In this document: positions 28,813 to 38,163 of the stretch, piece by piece
Numbering within the stretch: position 1 is the first letter of the stretch
Layout of the letters: each line of letters begins with the position of its first letter
From: an uncultured Erysipelotrichia bacterium
GTDB lineage: Bacteria > Bacillota_I > Bacilli_A > CAYWJS01
NCBI GenBank assembly: GCA_964458855.1
Contig: CAYWJS010000001.1
Location: 70,906-134,905 of the forward strand
DNA: 64,000 bases
Direction: 5' to 3'
Notes under the pieces: model-generated
The model's input: the letters and a program-made list of their open reading frames with translations, nothing else
Told to the model about the DNA's origin: nothing
Databases searched by the model: none
Position numbers and translations under genes: made by a program

Positions 28813-30771
28813 GTGAAATATATTAAATTTTTTATTAGTTTAATTTTTATTTTTGTAACTATATTTATTATTTTAAATTGTGCTGTTTTTTATTATGCAA
28901 AATTGCAAGCAAAACCTTTGTTAAAAAATGCTAATAGTCTAATTTATTATGACCACTTAAATGAATCTTTTTTTAAAGGTAAGGGCGGACAAGAATGGGT
29001 TAACATCAAAGATATTTCCCCATATGTAATAGATGCTTTTTTAGCAGTTGAAGATAAACGGTTTTATGCTCATCGCGGAATAGATTATATTCGTTTGTTT
29101 AAAGTTATTCTTACAAATATTACTAATATTAGTGCTGCAACAGGAACCTCAACTATTACTCAACAATACGCAAGAAATCTTTTTGTTAATTTTGATCGTA
29201 CTTGGGAACGAAAATTACGTGAAGCATGGCTAGCAATTCAAATTGAAGCACATTACTCAAAAGAGGAAATTTTAGAGGGATACTTAAATACTATAAATTA
29301 TGGGCATGGTGTCTATGGAATTGGTAATGCTTCACAATTTTATTTTGATAAAAAACCTTCTGAACTTACTCTTGCAGAAGCAGCAATTCTTGCTGCCATT
29401 CCAAAAGCACCAAGTTTTTACTCACCTCTTATAAATGAGACTGCAGCACGCTCTCGTCAAAGACTGATAATTAGTACCATGGAAAAGTTAAACTATATAA
29501 CTCCACTTGAGGCAAAACTTGCCTTAAGTGAAGAACTTGTTTATGTTGGCAAAAAGAATCAACTTAGTCTTGATACTTTAATGTATTTTCAAGATGCAGT
29601 TACTGAGGAACTTTATAATATTAATACTATACCTGATGCTTTAATTAATACTGGGGGCCTTAAAATATATACAACTCTTGATTTAGAAATTCAAAAAGCT
29701 TTTGAAGAAAGCATGGACCATTATCTTCAAAAAAATCCAGAAATTCAAGCCGCAGGAATTTTTTTAGATCCTAACACTGGTGAAGTTAAAGCATTAATTG
29801 GCGGGAGGGATTATAGTAAAAGTGAATTTAACAGAGCAATACATGCTAAAAGGCAAGTAGGTTCAACCATGAAAGCTTTTCTTTATTATGCTGCTCTCGA
29901 AAATGGCTTTACTGCATCTACTACTTTTACTAGTGAACCAACAACATTTAACTTAGGTCCCAAACAAACTTATTCTCCCAAAAATTATGCAGAAAGATAT
30001 CCATATAGACAAATTCCTTTAGCTCTCGCCCTACCACTATCAGATAATATATATGCCGTTAAAACTCATCTTTTTTTAGGAGAAGAAGTACTGGTAAATA
30101 CAGCTAAAAGACTTGGTATTAAAAGTGAACTTGAACCAATTCCTTCACTTCCCCTTGGAACATGTGAACTTTCTGTTTTAGAGATGATTACAGCTTACAG
30201 CACTTTTGCAAATGGTGGTTATCGAATTGAACCTTATTTTATTAGAAAAGTTGAAGATATGTACGGAAACGTTTTATATAAAAGAAAAGAACAAGAAAAA
30301 CTGCAAATATTAAATCCTGGAATTACTTTTATTTTAAATGAACTTTTAAGTGGAACTTTTGATTACCGCTTAAATGACTATACTGTTCCAACTGGAATTG
30401 GTATTGCCTCTAAACTTACTAGAAAATATGCTGCTAAATCAGGATCAACTAACACTGACAATTGGATGATAGGATATAATCCTGAACTTATAGGAGCTGT
30501 TTGGGTAGGGCATGATTACTATGATGCGGAACAAACAACAAACTTTTCTTATGCCCGAAATATTTGGGCAGATACAATTGAAAAAACTCTTTCAGACAAA
30601 CCTGAAGTTTGGTATGATATTCCACAAAATGTCGTTGGGGTTTTAATCAATCCAATTAACGGTAAAGTTGCAACAGAAAATTCAAAAGTTAAAAAGATTA
30701 TTTATTATATAAAAGGAACCGAGCCAACATCTGCTTCCCCAGATGAAATAGTATCAAAAGATTTTAATTGA
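28813..30771 (+). CDS. Class A penicillin-binding protein (bifunctional glycosyltransferase GT51 / transpeptidase)
   Basis: It has a GTG start with a GAGGAGG RBS and an N-terminal TM helix. GT51 motifs (FLAVEDKRFYAHRGIDY, TITQQY, RKLREAWLA) and transpeptidase motifs (STMK, SDN-like, KSGST) are present. Confidence 0.85.
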   Translation: MKYIKFFISLIFIFVTIFIILNCAVFYYAKLQAKPLLKNANSLIYYDHLNESFFKGKGGQEWVNIKDISPYVIDAFLAVEDKRFYAHRGIDYIRLFKVILTNITNISAATGTSTITQQYARNLFVNFDRTWERKLREAWLAIQIEAHYSKEEILEGYLNTINYGHGVYGIGNASQFYFDKKPSELTLAEAAILAAIPKAPSFYSPLINETAARSRQRLIISTMEKLNYITPLEAKLALSEELVYVGKKNQLSLDTLMYFQDAVTEELYNINTIPDALINTGGLKIYTTLDLEIQKAFEESMDHYLQKNPEIQAAGIFLDPNTGEVKALIGGRDYSKSEFNRAIHAKRQVGSTMKAFLYYAALENGFTASTTFTSEPTTFNLGPKQTYSPKNYAERYPYRQIPLALALPLSDNIYAVKTHLFLGEEVLVNTAKRLGIKSELEPIPSLPLGTCELSVLEMITAYSTFANGGYRIEPYFIRKVEDMYGNVLYKRKEQEKLQILNPGITFILNELLSGTFDYRLNDYTVPTGIGIASKLTRKYAAKSGSTNTDNWMIGYNPELIGAVWVGHDYYDAEQTTNFSYARNIWADTIEKTLSDKPEVWYDIPQNVVGVLINPINGKVATENSKVKKIIYYIKGTEPTSASPDEIVSKDFN

Positions 30772-30796
30772 AAAAGTGTTCATTTAAGAACACTTT
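30772..30796. terminator. Bidirectional terminator hairpin (aaagtgttc-attta-agaacacttt) between the convergent PBP and DUF1450 genes
   Basis: A perfect 9-bp inverted repeat flanked by A-run and T-run. Confidence 0.6.
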
Positions 30797-31019
30797 ACTT
30801 ATTTAATTCTTTTTTAATTTTTTCAATTAATTCATCTTCATTATCCGCAATAATAGCTTTATGATTTACAATTGCAAAATTTTTAAGACTTCCTGGTCCG
30901 CAAAAACTTTGACATCTAATATCAATAATTGCATCTGGATCTATCTCTTTTAAACGAGGAACTAATGTTTTGATATTAGTTTTTTTACATTTATCGCAAA
31001 TTCTAAATTCATTTGGCAC
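30795..31019 (-). CDS. Small Cys-containing protein, DUF1450 (YuzB-like) family
   Basis: 74 aa with a four-Cys pattern C-x2-C ... C-x3-C-G (ICDKCKK...RCQSFCGPG) and a pattern ...ALVNG/AIVNH ... EDELIEKI as in YuzB-type proteins. Confidence 0.5.
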   Translation of the reverse strand: MPNEFRICDKCKKTNIKTLVPRLKEIDPDAIIDIRCQSFCGPGSLKNFAIVNHKAIIADNEDELIEKIKKELNK

Positions 31020-31021
31020 TT

Positions 31022-31993
31022 CTATCCCCTCTTTAATGCTTGGTTTGCTGTAATTATTACAATATCATAAATTTCTTCTGCTGTACATCCACGTGAAAGA
31101 TCGTTAATTGGGGCATTTAATCCTTGCATAATTGGACCAATTGCCTTAAACCCGCCTAAACTTCTTGCAATCTTATACCCAATATTTCCTGATTGAATAT
31201 CTGGAAATATAAAAGTGTTAGATACTCCGCTAAATCTTGGACTTTTGTCTTTTAGCTTTTTTATTTCTTCTTCTATTGCTGTATCAAATTGATGTTCCCC
31301 ATCATAAAGAAAATCTACTTTTAACTCATCTAATTTTTTTATAGCAAATTTTACTTTATCAACTAATTCACCACTTGCACTACCCTTCGTTGAATGTGAT
31401 AAAAGTGATACTTTTGGAATAAAACCAAATTCTCTTACAGTGTTTGCTGTTTGAATTGCAATTTCTGCTAAATCATCACTTGTTGGAATTTCTTGAATAG
31501 CACAATCTGCCATAAAATATATTTCATTATTTTTAAGTAAAATCATTACACTTGAAGCTTTATTAACATTTTCTTTTGTTTTAATTATTTGAAAAGCTGG
31601 TTTTATAATATCTTTTGTCGGATATAAAGCCCCACCAACCATACCATGAGCATATTCTTGTTTAACAAGCAAAACGCCAAAATAATTGTTTTGTTTTATC
31701 CAAGTCCTTAACTCTTCTTCAGTATTTTTATCCTTTCTTATCACTTTTAACATATTTAGCATTTCTTCTTTTTGAGAATAAGTTTCTGGTTCAATTATTT
31801 CTACTTTTGTTTTATCTATATTATAATTTTCTAGCATTTTTAAAATTTCTTTTTTTTCTCCCAAAAGAATCGGAGTAACTAAATCTTCCTTAAGTAGCAT
31901 CGCTACTGCTTCTAAAACTCTTGGCTCACTTCCTTCGGGAAAAACAATTCTTATATTTTTGCCCTTTATATTTTGCTTTAGCTTTAAAATCAT
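31022..31993 (-). CDS. pta: Phosphate acetyltransferase
   Basis: 323 aa, Pta/PduL-type ([33 protein letters not shown]). Confidence 0.9.
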   Translation of the reverse strand: MILKLKQNIKGKNIRIVFPEGSEPRVLEAVAMLLKEDLVTPILLGEKKEILKMLENYNIDKTKVEIIEPETYSQKEEMLNMLKVIRKDKNTEEELRTWIKQNNYFGVLLVKQEYAHGMVGGALYPTKDIIKPAFQIIKTKENVNKASSVMILLKNNEIYFMADCAIQEIPTSDDLAEIAIQTANTVREFGFIPKVSLLSHSTKGSASGELVDKVKFAIKKLDELKVDFLYDGEHQFDTAIEEEIKKLKDKSPRFSGVSNTFIFPDIQSGNIGYKIARSLGGFKAIGPIMQGLNAPINDLSRGCTAEEIYDIVIITANQALKRG

Positions 31994-32076
31994 TTAATCA
32001 GCTCCTTAAAGTAAATTATAACAAACATAAAAAGTAAAAAAAAGTAATACTACTTTTATTTTTTTCATATACTTTA

Positions 32077-32484
32077 TTGAATATGAGAAAGGATGATTAT
32101 ATGAACGAAAATTTCTACCAAAATCCAGTATTTCCAAATCAAATTCAACCATTACCACAAGCTCAAGTTGAAGTACCAAGCAGTCAAATATTTCCCCCTG
32201 CAGGAGAATTTCCATCACTTCCAATGGAACAGTCCTTTATCGAAAATATTTTAAGATTAAACAAAGGTAAGCTTGCAACTGTTTATATGTCTTTTCCTGA
32301 TTCAGACGAATGGCGTTCAAAAGTATTTACAGGGATTATTGAAGAAGCAGGAAGAGATCATTTAATTATTAGTGATCCTAAAACTGGAATTTGGTATTTA
32401 CTCAGAATTATTTATTTAGATTATATCTCTTTTGAAGAAAGAATTAATTATAGTCCAATATTTGCTACACCACCAAATATATAA
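32077..32484 (+). CDS. gerQ: Spore coat protein GerQ-like
   Basis: A Q/P/N-rich N-terminus is followed by the conserved GerQ C-terminal domain (ATVYMSFPDSDEWRSKVFTGIIEEAGRDHLIISDPKTGIWYLL). ung lies adjacent, as in the B. subtilis ywd region. Confidence 0.6.
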   Translation: MNMRKDDYMNENFYQNPVFPNQIQPLPQAQVEVPSSQIFPPAGEFPSLPMEQSFIENILRLNKGKLATVYMSFPDSDEWRSKVFTGIIEEAGRDHLIISDPKTGIWYLLRIIYLDYISFEERINYSPIFATPPNI

Positions 32485-32509
32485 AAAGAATTCGTATGAA
32501 TTCTTTTTT
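32484..32509. terminator. Bidirectional terminator hairpin (aaaaagaattc-gtat-gaattcttttt) between convergent gerQ and ung
   Basis: A perfect 11-bp inverted repeat with A/T-run flanks. Confidence 0.6.
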
Positions 32510-33180
32510 TATTTTATCTTCCAATTTATTGGCCCTATGCCATTTTTGATTAAAAATTCATTTGCCCGCGAAAAAGGTTTTGAACCAAAAAATCCACGTG
32601 ATGCAGAAAGCGGTGAAGGATGAGGAGATTCTAAAATTAAATGATGAGTATTTGTTATTAAGGCTTTTTTACTCCTTGCAAAAGAACCCCATAATATAAA
32701 TACTACTGGTTCTTTCTTTTTATTTATAATTTTTATTATTTCATCAGTAAATATTTCCCATCCACAATCTTTATGTGAAAGCGGTTCATCGCGACGAACA
32801 GTTAAAATTGCATTAAGAAGAAGCACTCCTTCTTTTGCCCACGAAATTAAAGTCCCGTTTTCATGAATTTTGATTCCTAAATCAGAATTTAATTCTTTAA
32901 AAATATTTATTAATGAAGGTGGTTTTTTTATTCCTTCAGGAACTGAAAATGATAGTCCATGAGCTTCTCCAATTCCGTGATATGGGTCTTGACCCAATAT
33001 TACAACTTTTATTTTTTCATAAGGAGTATAGCGCAGAGCATTAAATATTTCATTATATTTGGGATATACTACTTTTGTAGTATATTCTTTTTTAATAAAT
33101 TCTTCTAATTTTTTAAAATAATCCTTTTCAAATTCTTCTTTAAGAAGTTCATCCCAAGAGTTACCAATCTTATAAAACAT
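32509..33180 (-). CDS. ung: Uracil-DNA glycosylase
   Basis: VVILGQDPYHG, GVLLLN and HPSPLSA are UNG family-1 motifs. Confidence 0.9.
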   Translation of the reverse strand: MFYKIGNSWDELLKEEFEKDYFKKLEEFIKKEYTTKVVYPKYNEIFNALRYTPYEKIKVVILGQDPYHGIGEAHGLSFSVPEGIKKPPSLINIFKELNSDLGIKIHENGTLISWAKEGVLLLNAILTVRRDEPLSHKDCGWEIFTDEIIKIINKKKEPVVFILWGSFARSKKALITNTHHLILESPHPSPLSASRGFFGSKPFSRANEFLIKNGIGPINWKIK

Positions 33181-33211
33181 TTTACTTCACCTATTAATAT
33201 AATAACACACA

Positions 33212-34567
33212 CTACCAATATTTTAGGGTTTTATTTCGATATTTTAACTTATCACCTGTCTCTTTCTTTAATAAGTAATTTTTTAAAGTGTGTTTTACAA
33301 TATTTTCTAAATTATTAATTGAACTTAAGTTTAAAAGAGCCATGAATACAATTAAGGTATCAACAAACATCCAAAGTAGACCAGGTCTTATTATAGTTCC
33401 TAACACCAAAGTTATAATAACACTTATTTTAAAAAGATTAATAATTGTTGGGTTGTTGTCAAAAAGATAATAAACATTACTTTCACCATAATAAAAGCCA
33501 GAAACAATTGTGGTAAAAGCAAAAAAGAAAATAATAATTGCAATAAAATAAGAACCAAAAGGCCCGAGATATCTAATAAACGAAACTTGGGTAATTTCAA
33601 TTCCGTTAAGCTCCAAATTAGGCGGAAAGTTTATTTCTGCAAGTAAAATAATAAAAGCAGTAATAGTACAAATTATTAAAGTTGTAAAATATACTGAAAG
33701 CGCTTGAACAAGTCCTGCTTCAACTGGGTGCTTATTGTCTGAAGTTGCTGCTGCAATTGCACCTGTTCCAAGGCCTGCCTCATTAGAAAAAATCCCTCTT
33801 TGAACTCCAATTATAAAAGTACCAAGTAAACCAAAACCAAAACTTTTAAAATTTAAAGCGGAATTAATAATTTTAGTAATAACCATTGGCATTTTAAAAA
33901 TATTAAAAAGAATTATTAATAAGGAAGTTCCGATATATAAAATAGACATAAATGACATCATTTTGGCACTTATTTTCGCAATTCTTTTTGCTCCCCCAAA
34001 AATTATAAAAGCAAGAACAAACGAAATTATTATTCCGGTTATTAAAGAGGGTATCTTAAAAGCATGATAAAAAGAACGAGAAATCGTATTCATTTGAATT
34101 AAAGAAAAACCAAAGGGATATGAAAAAATTAAAATTCCAGCATATAAAAATGATTTTAATTTATTTTTCTCAGCAGAACTCATATAATAAGCTGGTCCAC
34201 CAATAAAAAAATTATCATTTTTTTCTTTGTAAAGTTGTGCTAAAGTACTTTCGGAAAAGGCAAGAGAAGCAGTAATAAGTGCAACTATCCACATCCAAAA
34301 AATTGTTCCAGGTCCACCCCAATAAATTGCAAGAGCAACTCCTGCAAGAGAACCAACTCCTATTCGTGCTCCCGCTGCAAGAGAAAATGCTTCAAAAGAG
34401 GATATTGAGTTTTTATCTTTTTCTTTTTTTAAAAGTGTTTTAAACATATCGGGTAAAAGAGTAACCTGAGCACCTTTTAGACTAATTGTAAGTTTTATAC
34501 CTGTATGAATAATAACAATTGTTGTAATTAACCATAATATACGGTGTAAGAATTTAAATAAAAGCAT
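33212..34567 (-). CDS. agcS: Sodium:alanine (amino acid) symporter, AGCS family
   Basis: 451 aa and polytopic. The signature GGPGTIFWMW and an NEAGLGT-like segment (IFSNEAGLGTGAIAAA) are present. Confidence 0.85.
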   Translation of the reverse strand: MLLFKFLHRILWLITTIVIIHTGIKLTISLKGAQVTLLPDMFKTLLKKEKDKNSISSFEAFSLAAGARIGVGSLAGVALAIYWGGPGTIFWMWIVALITASLAFSESTLAQLYKEKNDNFFIGGPAYYMSSAEKNKLKSFLYAGILIFSYPFGFSLIQMNTISRSFYHAFKIPSLITGIIISFVLAFIIFGGAKRIAKISAKMMSFMSILYIGTSLLIILFNIFKMPMVITKIINSALNFKSFGFGLLGTFIIGVQRGIFSNEAGLGTGAIAAATSDNKHPVEAGLVQALSVYFTTLIICTITAFIILLAEINFPPNLELNGIEITQVSFIRYLGPFGSYFIAIIIFFFAFTTIVSGFYYGESNVYYLFDNNPTIINLFKISVIITLVLGTIIRPGLLWMFVDTLIVFMALLNLSSINNLENIVKHTLKNYLLKKETGDKLKYRNKTLKYW

Positions 34568-34656
34568 TTTATCACCTATAACATTTTATAGGTTTATTCT
34601 TTTAAATATTGCTTTTATTAAATTACATTTATACATAAAAAATAACAATTTAATAT

Positions 34657-34682
34657 AAAAAACTTTGGTTTCCCAAAGTTTT
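34657..34682 (-). terminator. Hairpin (aaaactttggg...cccaaagtttt) at the rlmH/agcS boundary
   Basis: An inverted repeat plus a T-run. Confidence 0.45.
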
Positions 34683-35127
34683 ATTTATGATATGGTTCAT
34701 TTTTCATAATTTTATAAGCACGATATAATTGTTCAAGTAAAATTATTCTTGCAAATTGATGAGGAAATGTCATTTTAGAAAATGAAAGTTTCATATTAGC
34801 GCGTTCTAAAACATCTTCACTCAATCCATTGGAACCACCAATAAGAAAAGTTATGTTACTTTTTCCGTAAGTTAGTAAATTGTCTAGTTTCTCTGCAAAT
34901 TCTAAAGAAGAAAGTTCTTCACCAAAAATTTCAAGAGCAATAACATATTCATCTTCTTTTATTTTTTCAAGAATTTTTTTTCCTTCGTTATTAATATAAT
35001 CATACTTGTCTTCTTTTATTTCAATAATATTAATAGGTGTATGTTTTTTTAATCTTTTTAAATATTCTTCTTCGGCGGCCACTAAATATTTTTCCTTTAA
35101 AGAACCTACTGTAATTACTTTAATCAT
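34681..35127 (-). CDS. rlmH: 23S rRNA (pseudouridine1915-N3)-methyltransferase RlmH (SPOUT)
   Basis: 148 aa with YbeA/RlmH family motifs (IIGGSNGLSEDV, FPHQFARIIL). Confidence 0.85.
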   Translation of the reverse strand: MIKVITVGSLKEKYLVAAEEEYLKRLKKHTPINIIEIKEDKYDYINNEGKKILEKIKEDEYVIALEIFGEELSSLEFAEKLDNLLTYGKSNITFLIGGSNGLSEDVLERANMKLSFSKMTFPHQFARIILLEQLYRAYKIMKNEPYHK

Positions 35128-35869
35128 TTAAGATCCTATCAAACACCTCTAACATATAACTTACTGGAATTGCATAACCAATATTTTCAACGTTTTCTTC
35201 AATTAGTTTAGAGGTATTTATTCCTATTACTTGACCTGCCGAATTTACAAGTGGTCCGCCACTGTTTCCAGGATTGATCGCAGCATCTGTTTGGATAACA
35301 GAAACCAAATGTCCTTTATATTTTTCTTTGTTTATCTCCACTAAACGATTAATTCCAGAAATTACTCCGCATGTAATAGTATTAAAATGACCTAATCCAT
35401 TAGGAGAACCTACTGCAAAAACTGTTTCACCTAATTTCAATTCTGTATCAATAGCAAGATCTGCAGCTTTTGCATTCGGAATTTTTTCAAGTTTTAAAAT
35501 TGCTAAGTCATCTTTTTCTGAATACTTCATTAAAGTTGCGTTGCCACGCAAGTCATTTGTAAATTGTATTTCAATAGAAATTGCTTCTTTAACAACATGA
35601 TAATTGGTTGCAATATACATAAAATTTCCTTCAACTTTATAAATAAGTCCTGAACCAGTTCCGCCTGGTTTATTTTTTCTTTTTGACTCAATAAATACTA
35701 CTGAATCGTATACCTTTTCCACTGCTTCTGTAATATCACTTGAATATTTTAAAGTAATAATATCATTTTGAAAGTTAAAAACACTGTAGGGATCAAAAAT
35801 TACAAAAAGAAGCATCAAAATGGCTCCAAGTATACTTCCAAGAAAAGCTGCAAAAAAAGTTTTTCTCAT
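35120..35869 (-). CDS. Trypsin-like serine protease, HtrA/YyxA family without a PDZ domain (membrane anchored)
   Basis: An N-terminal TM helix and the catalytic triad context (NYHVV ... DLAILK ... GNSGGPLVN) are present. The position between the walJ-like gene and rlmH matches B. subtilis htrC/yyxA. Confidence 0.75.
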   Translation of the reverse strand: MRKTFFAAFLGSILGAILMLLFVIFDPYSVFNFQNDIITLKYSSDITEAVEKVYDSVVFIESKRKNKPGGTGSGLIYKVEGNFMYIATNYHVVKEAISIEIQFTNDLRGNATLMKYSEKDDLAILKLEKIPNAKAADLAIDTELKLGETVFAVGSPNGLGHFNTITCGVISGINRLVEINKEKYKGHLVSVIQTDAAINPGNSGGPLVNSAGQVIGINTSKLIEENVENIGYAIPVSYMLEVFDRILND

Positions 35870-35879
35870 AAAAATCCTC

Positions 35880-36659
35880 CTAAATAGCAATTTTAGTAGT
35901 AGGTTCATATTGAGAAGCAATTATAATATTTTTCTTATTAAAATTAATTTTGTGTTTTTCAAAAGCTTTTTTAAGTTCATCAAGTACAAGTTTAGGATGA
36001 TTGTTAATTTCACTTAGATGGGCAAGAACAATATATTTAGTTTTATCAGTTATTAAATTTGCAAGATGTTCTGCAGAAACTAAATTAGAAAGGTGCCCCT
36101 TATCACTAAGTATTCTTCGCTTTATATAATGTGGATAAGGACCATTTAGAAGAAGTTCTACATCGTGATTGCTTTCAAAAATATAACAATCTGCTCCTTT
36201 TAAATCTTCATAAAAGCGAAGATTCAAGTATCCTGTATCTGTTATATAAACAATTTTATTATCTTTATCTTGAATAATTAAACCAGTATTATCTACTGCA
36301 TCATGAGAAAGTGAAATTGGTTTTATTTTAAAATCTCCAATTTCATTTATCTCATTTTTATGAATTTCTACATAAGAAAAATCCATCTTTAAATTTTTAC
36401 TTACTGCTTCATAAGTTTTACTTGTCATATAAATTTTTACTTTTGTTTTATTAATAAAATTTGAAAGAGCACAAATATGATCTGTGTGTTCATGAGTAAT
36501 AATTATTCCAGTTATATCTTTAATACTAATATTGTCTTCCTTTAAATATTCTTTTATTTTAGTAAAACTGATTCCAACATCAATTAGTAATTTTGTTTTA
36601 GAGGTTCCAATATAAGTTGAATTTCCTTTACTACCACTTGCAAGTACTACACATTCCAT
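35880..36659 (-). CDS. walJ: Metallo-beta-lactamase-fold hydrolase, WalJ/YycJ-like
   Basis: The HxHxDH motif (ITHEHTDHI) and the following His/Asp ligands are present. The position is conserved upstream of the HtrA-like gene and rlmH. Confidence 0.7.
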   Translation of the reverse strand: MECVVLASGSKGNSTYIGTSKTKLLIDVGISFTKIKEYLKEDNISIKDITGIIITHEHTDHICALSNFINKTKVKIYMTSKTYEAVSKNLKMDFSYVEIHKNEINEIGDFKIKPISLSHDAVDNTGLIIQDKDNKIVYITDTGYLNLRFYEDLKGADCYIFESNHDVELLLNGPYPHYIKRRILSDKGHLSNLVSAEHLANLITDKTKYIVLAHLSEINNHPKLVLDELKKAFEKHKINFNKKNIIIASQYEPTTKIAI

Positions 36660-36666
36660 ACTATCA

Positions 36667-38154
36667 CTAATAGAAAATCAATGGATTAACTGTTCCAGTT
36701 TTTCTATCACATGTAAACGGCATACATGTCCAAATAGCAAAATGCAAGTGGGTTCCGTCAGAACCGGTGCTTACTACATAACCAGTATTACCCATTCTTC
36801 CTATTAATTGACCTCTTGAAACTGTTTGCCCTACATAAACATTTATTTGGTTTAAGTGCCCATAATAAGAATAATAACCGTTATTATGATTAATTATTAT
36901 ATAATTACCGCCTGTTTTACTATATGTTGTGCGAATAACTGTTCCGTTATTTGCTGCATAAATTGGATCTCCCTTTTTTCCGTCAATATCAATTGCCTCA
37001 TGGAATGATCCCCAACGCCAACCATAACGACTTGTAATGTGTAATCTAGCAGAAGTGCGAACCGGCCAACTCCAAACTTTTGGGTTTCCAATATGAGGAA
37101 CCACTCGTTCTCCTATGGCAATTATTTCATTTCGTGCCGGAACAAGTTTAACTGTTTCAAGAACATCAATATCTACTGCTTGACCATTTACTTTTGTTAC
37201 ACGTTCAACTACTTTGTTTGTTCCTTGGCTTCCTGCTTGAATAACACGAGAGTAACCAACTAACATTGAACTATCATATCTAATTTCTCTTTGGTATCCA
37301 CTAGTTTGTTTTGATGTTTTATGTTCTACAGTTACTACATCAACTATTGGTTTCATTAATTGAACAACAACTTTTTGATTTAAATACAAAAGAGCATTTT
37401 TACTTTTAATTTCTGGGTTTACAAGTAAAAATTCTTCCACGCTTAATTGATGACGATCGGCAATCTCTTCAATTGTATCCCCTGTTTTTACTGTGTATAT
37501 TTTATTTACATCTAAAGTCCCATAAGTCATGTAACGAACTATTTCTTCTTTGTTTTTTAAAATTAAATTATCTATTGATATTAATTCTTGTTTTATTGTA
37601 ATTTCATCATTAATATAGATATCTTCTAGATATGTTAGATATTCTTCGTTTGGTTTAATATTATTTGAATAATTTTTATAAATTTCTTCGCTTACGAATG
37701 CTCGAACCACATCATCAAGAGCATTATAAAAATCTTGGTCGCTTAAAACATATAAAATTTCTGTATCATTTTCCTTTTTAATTGTAACTTTATATCCTTC
37801 AACAGTAAAACCTTTTTCATTCTTTATTTTTTCAAACATTTCATCAACAGAAATTACGTTTTCTTCATATGTTAACTCTTTTTTTATTTCTAATCCTTCT
37901 GGATAATAAATATAATCAACATTAAACGTTTCTTTTATTTCTGTTAATACATCATTTAAATAACTGTCAAATTCATCTTTTGATTCAATTAAACCAAGCT
38001 TTTCCCCTTTTAAGCAAACCCGGTACAAATGTTTAGGTGGAATATCATAACTAAATGTTGGGCTTAAGAAAACTAAAATAATGGCTAATAAAATATAAAC
38101 TAGTAGCCTCAACAATTCCACTCGTTTGTATTTGTTAAGGTGCATAATCACCAT
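36667..38154 (-). CDS. Membrane-anchored LysM-domain M23 peptidase (495 aa)
   Basis: An N-terminal TM helix, a central region of unknown function and a LysM domain (YTVKTGDTIEEIADRHQLSVEEFLLVNP) precede a C-terminal M23 domain (FHEAIDIDG ... GTHLHFAI). Confidence 0.7.
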   Translation of the reverse strand: MVIMHLNKYKRVELLRLLVYILLAIILVFLSPTFSYDIPPKHLYRVCLKGEKLGLIESKDEFDSYLNDVLTEIKETFNVDYIYYPEGLEIKKELTYEENVISVDEMFEKIKNEKGFTVEGYKVTIKKENDTEILYVLSDQDFYNALDDVVRAFVSEEIYKNYSNNIKPNEEYLTYLEDIYINDEITIKQELISIDNLILKNKEEIVRYMTYGTLDVNKIYTVKTGDTIEEIADRHQLSVEEFLLVNPEIKSKNALLYLNQKVVVQLMKPIVDVVTVEHKTSKQTSGYQREIRYDSSMLVGYSRVIQAGSQGTNKVVERVTKVNGQAVDIDVLETVKLVPARNEIIAIGERVVPHIGNPKVWSWPVRTSARLHITSRYGWRWGSFHEAIDIDGKKGDPIYAANNGTVIRTTYSKTGGNYIIINHNNGYYSYYGHLNQINVYVGQTVSRGQLIGRMGNTGYVVSTGSDGTHLHFAIWTCMPFTCDRKTGTVNPLIFY

Positions 38155-38163
38155 TCCTCACTT

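Noticed and set aside
32006-32224. A 72-aa ORF on the - strand overlapping the gerQ start region
   Set aside because: It overlaps the gerQ promoter and N-terminus, has no RBS, and the peptide is improbable (MEVMEILLQGEIFDCLV...).
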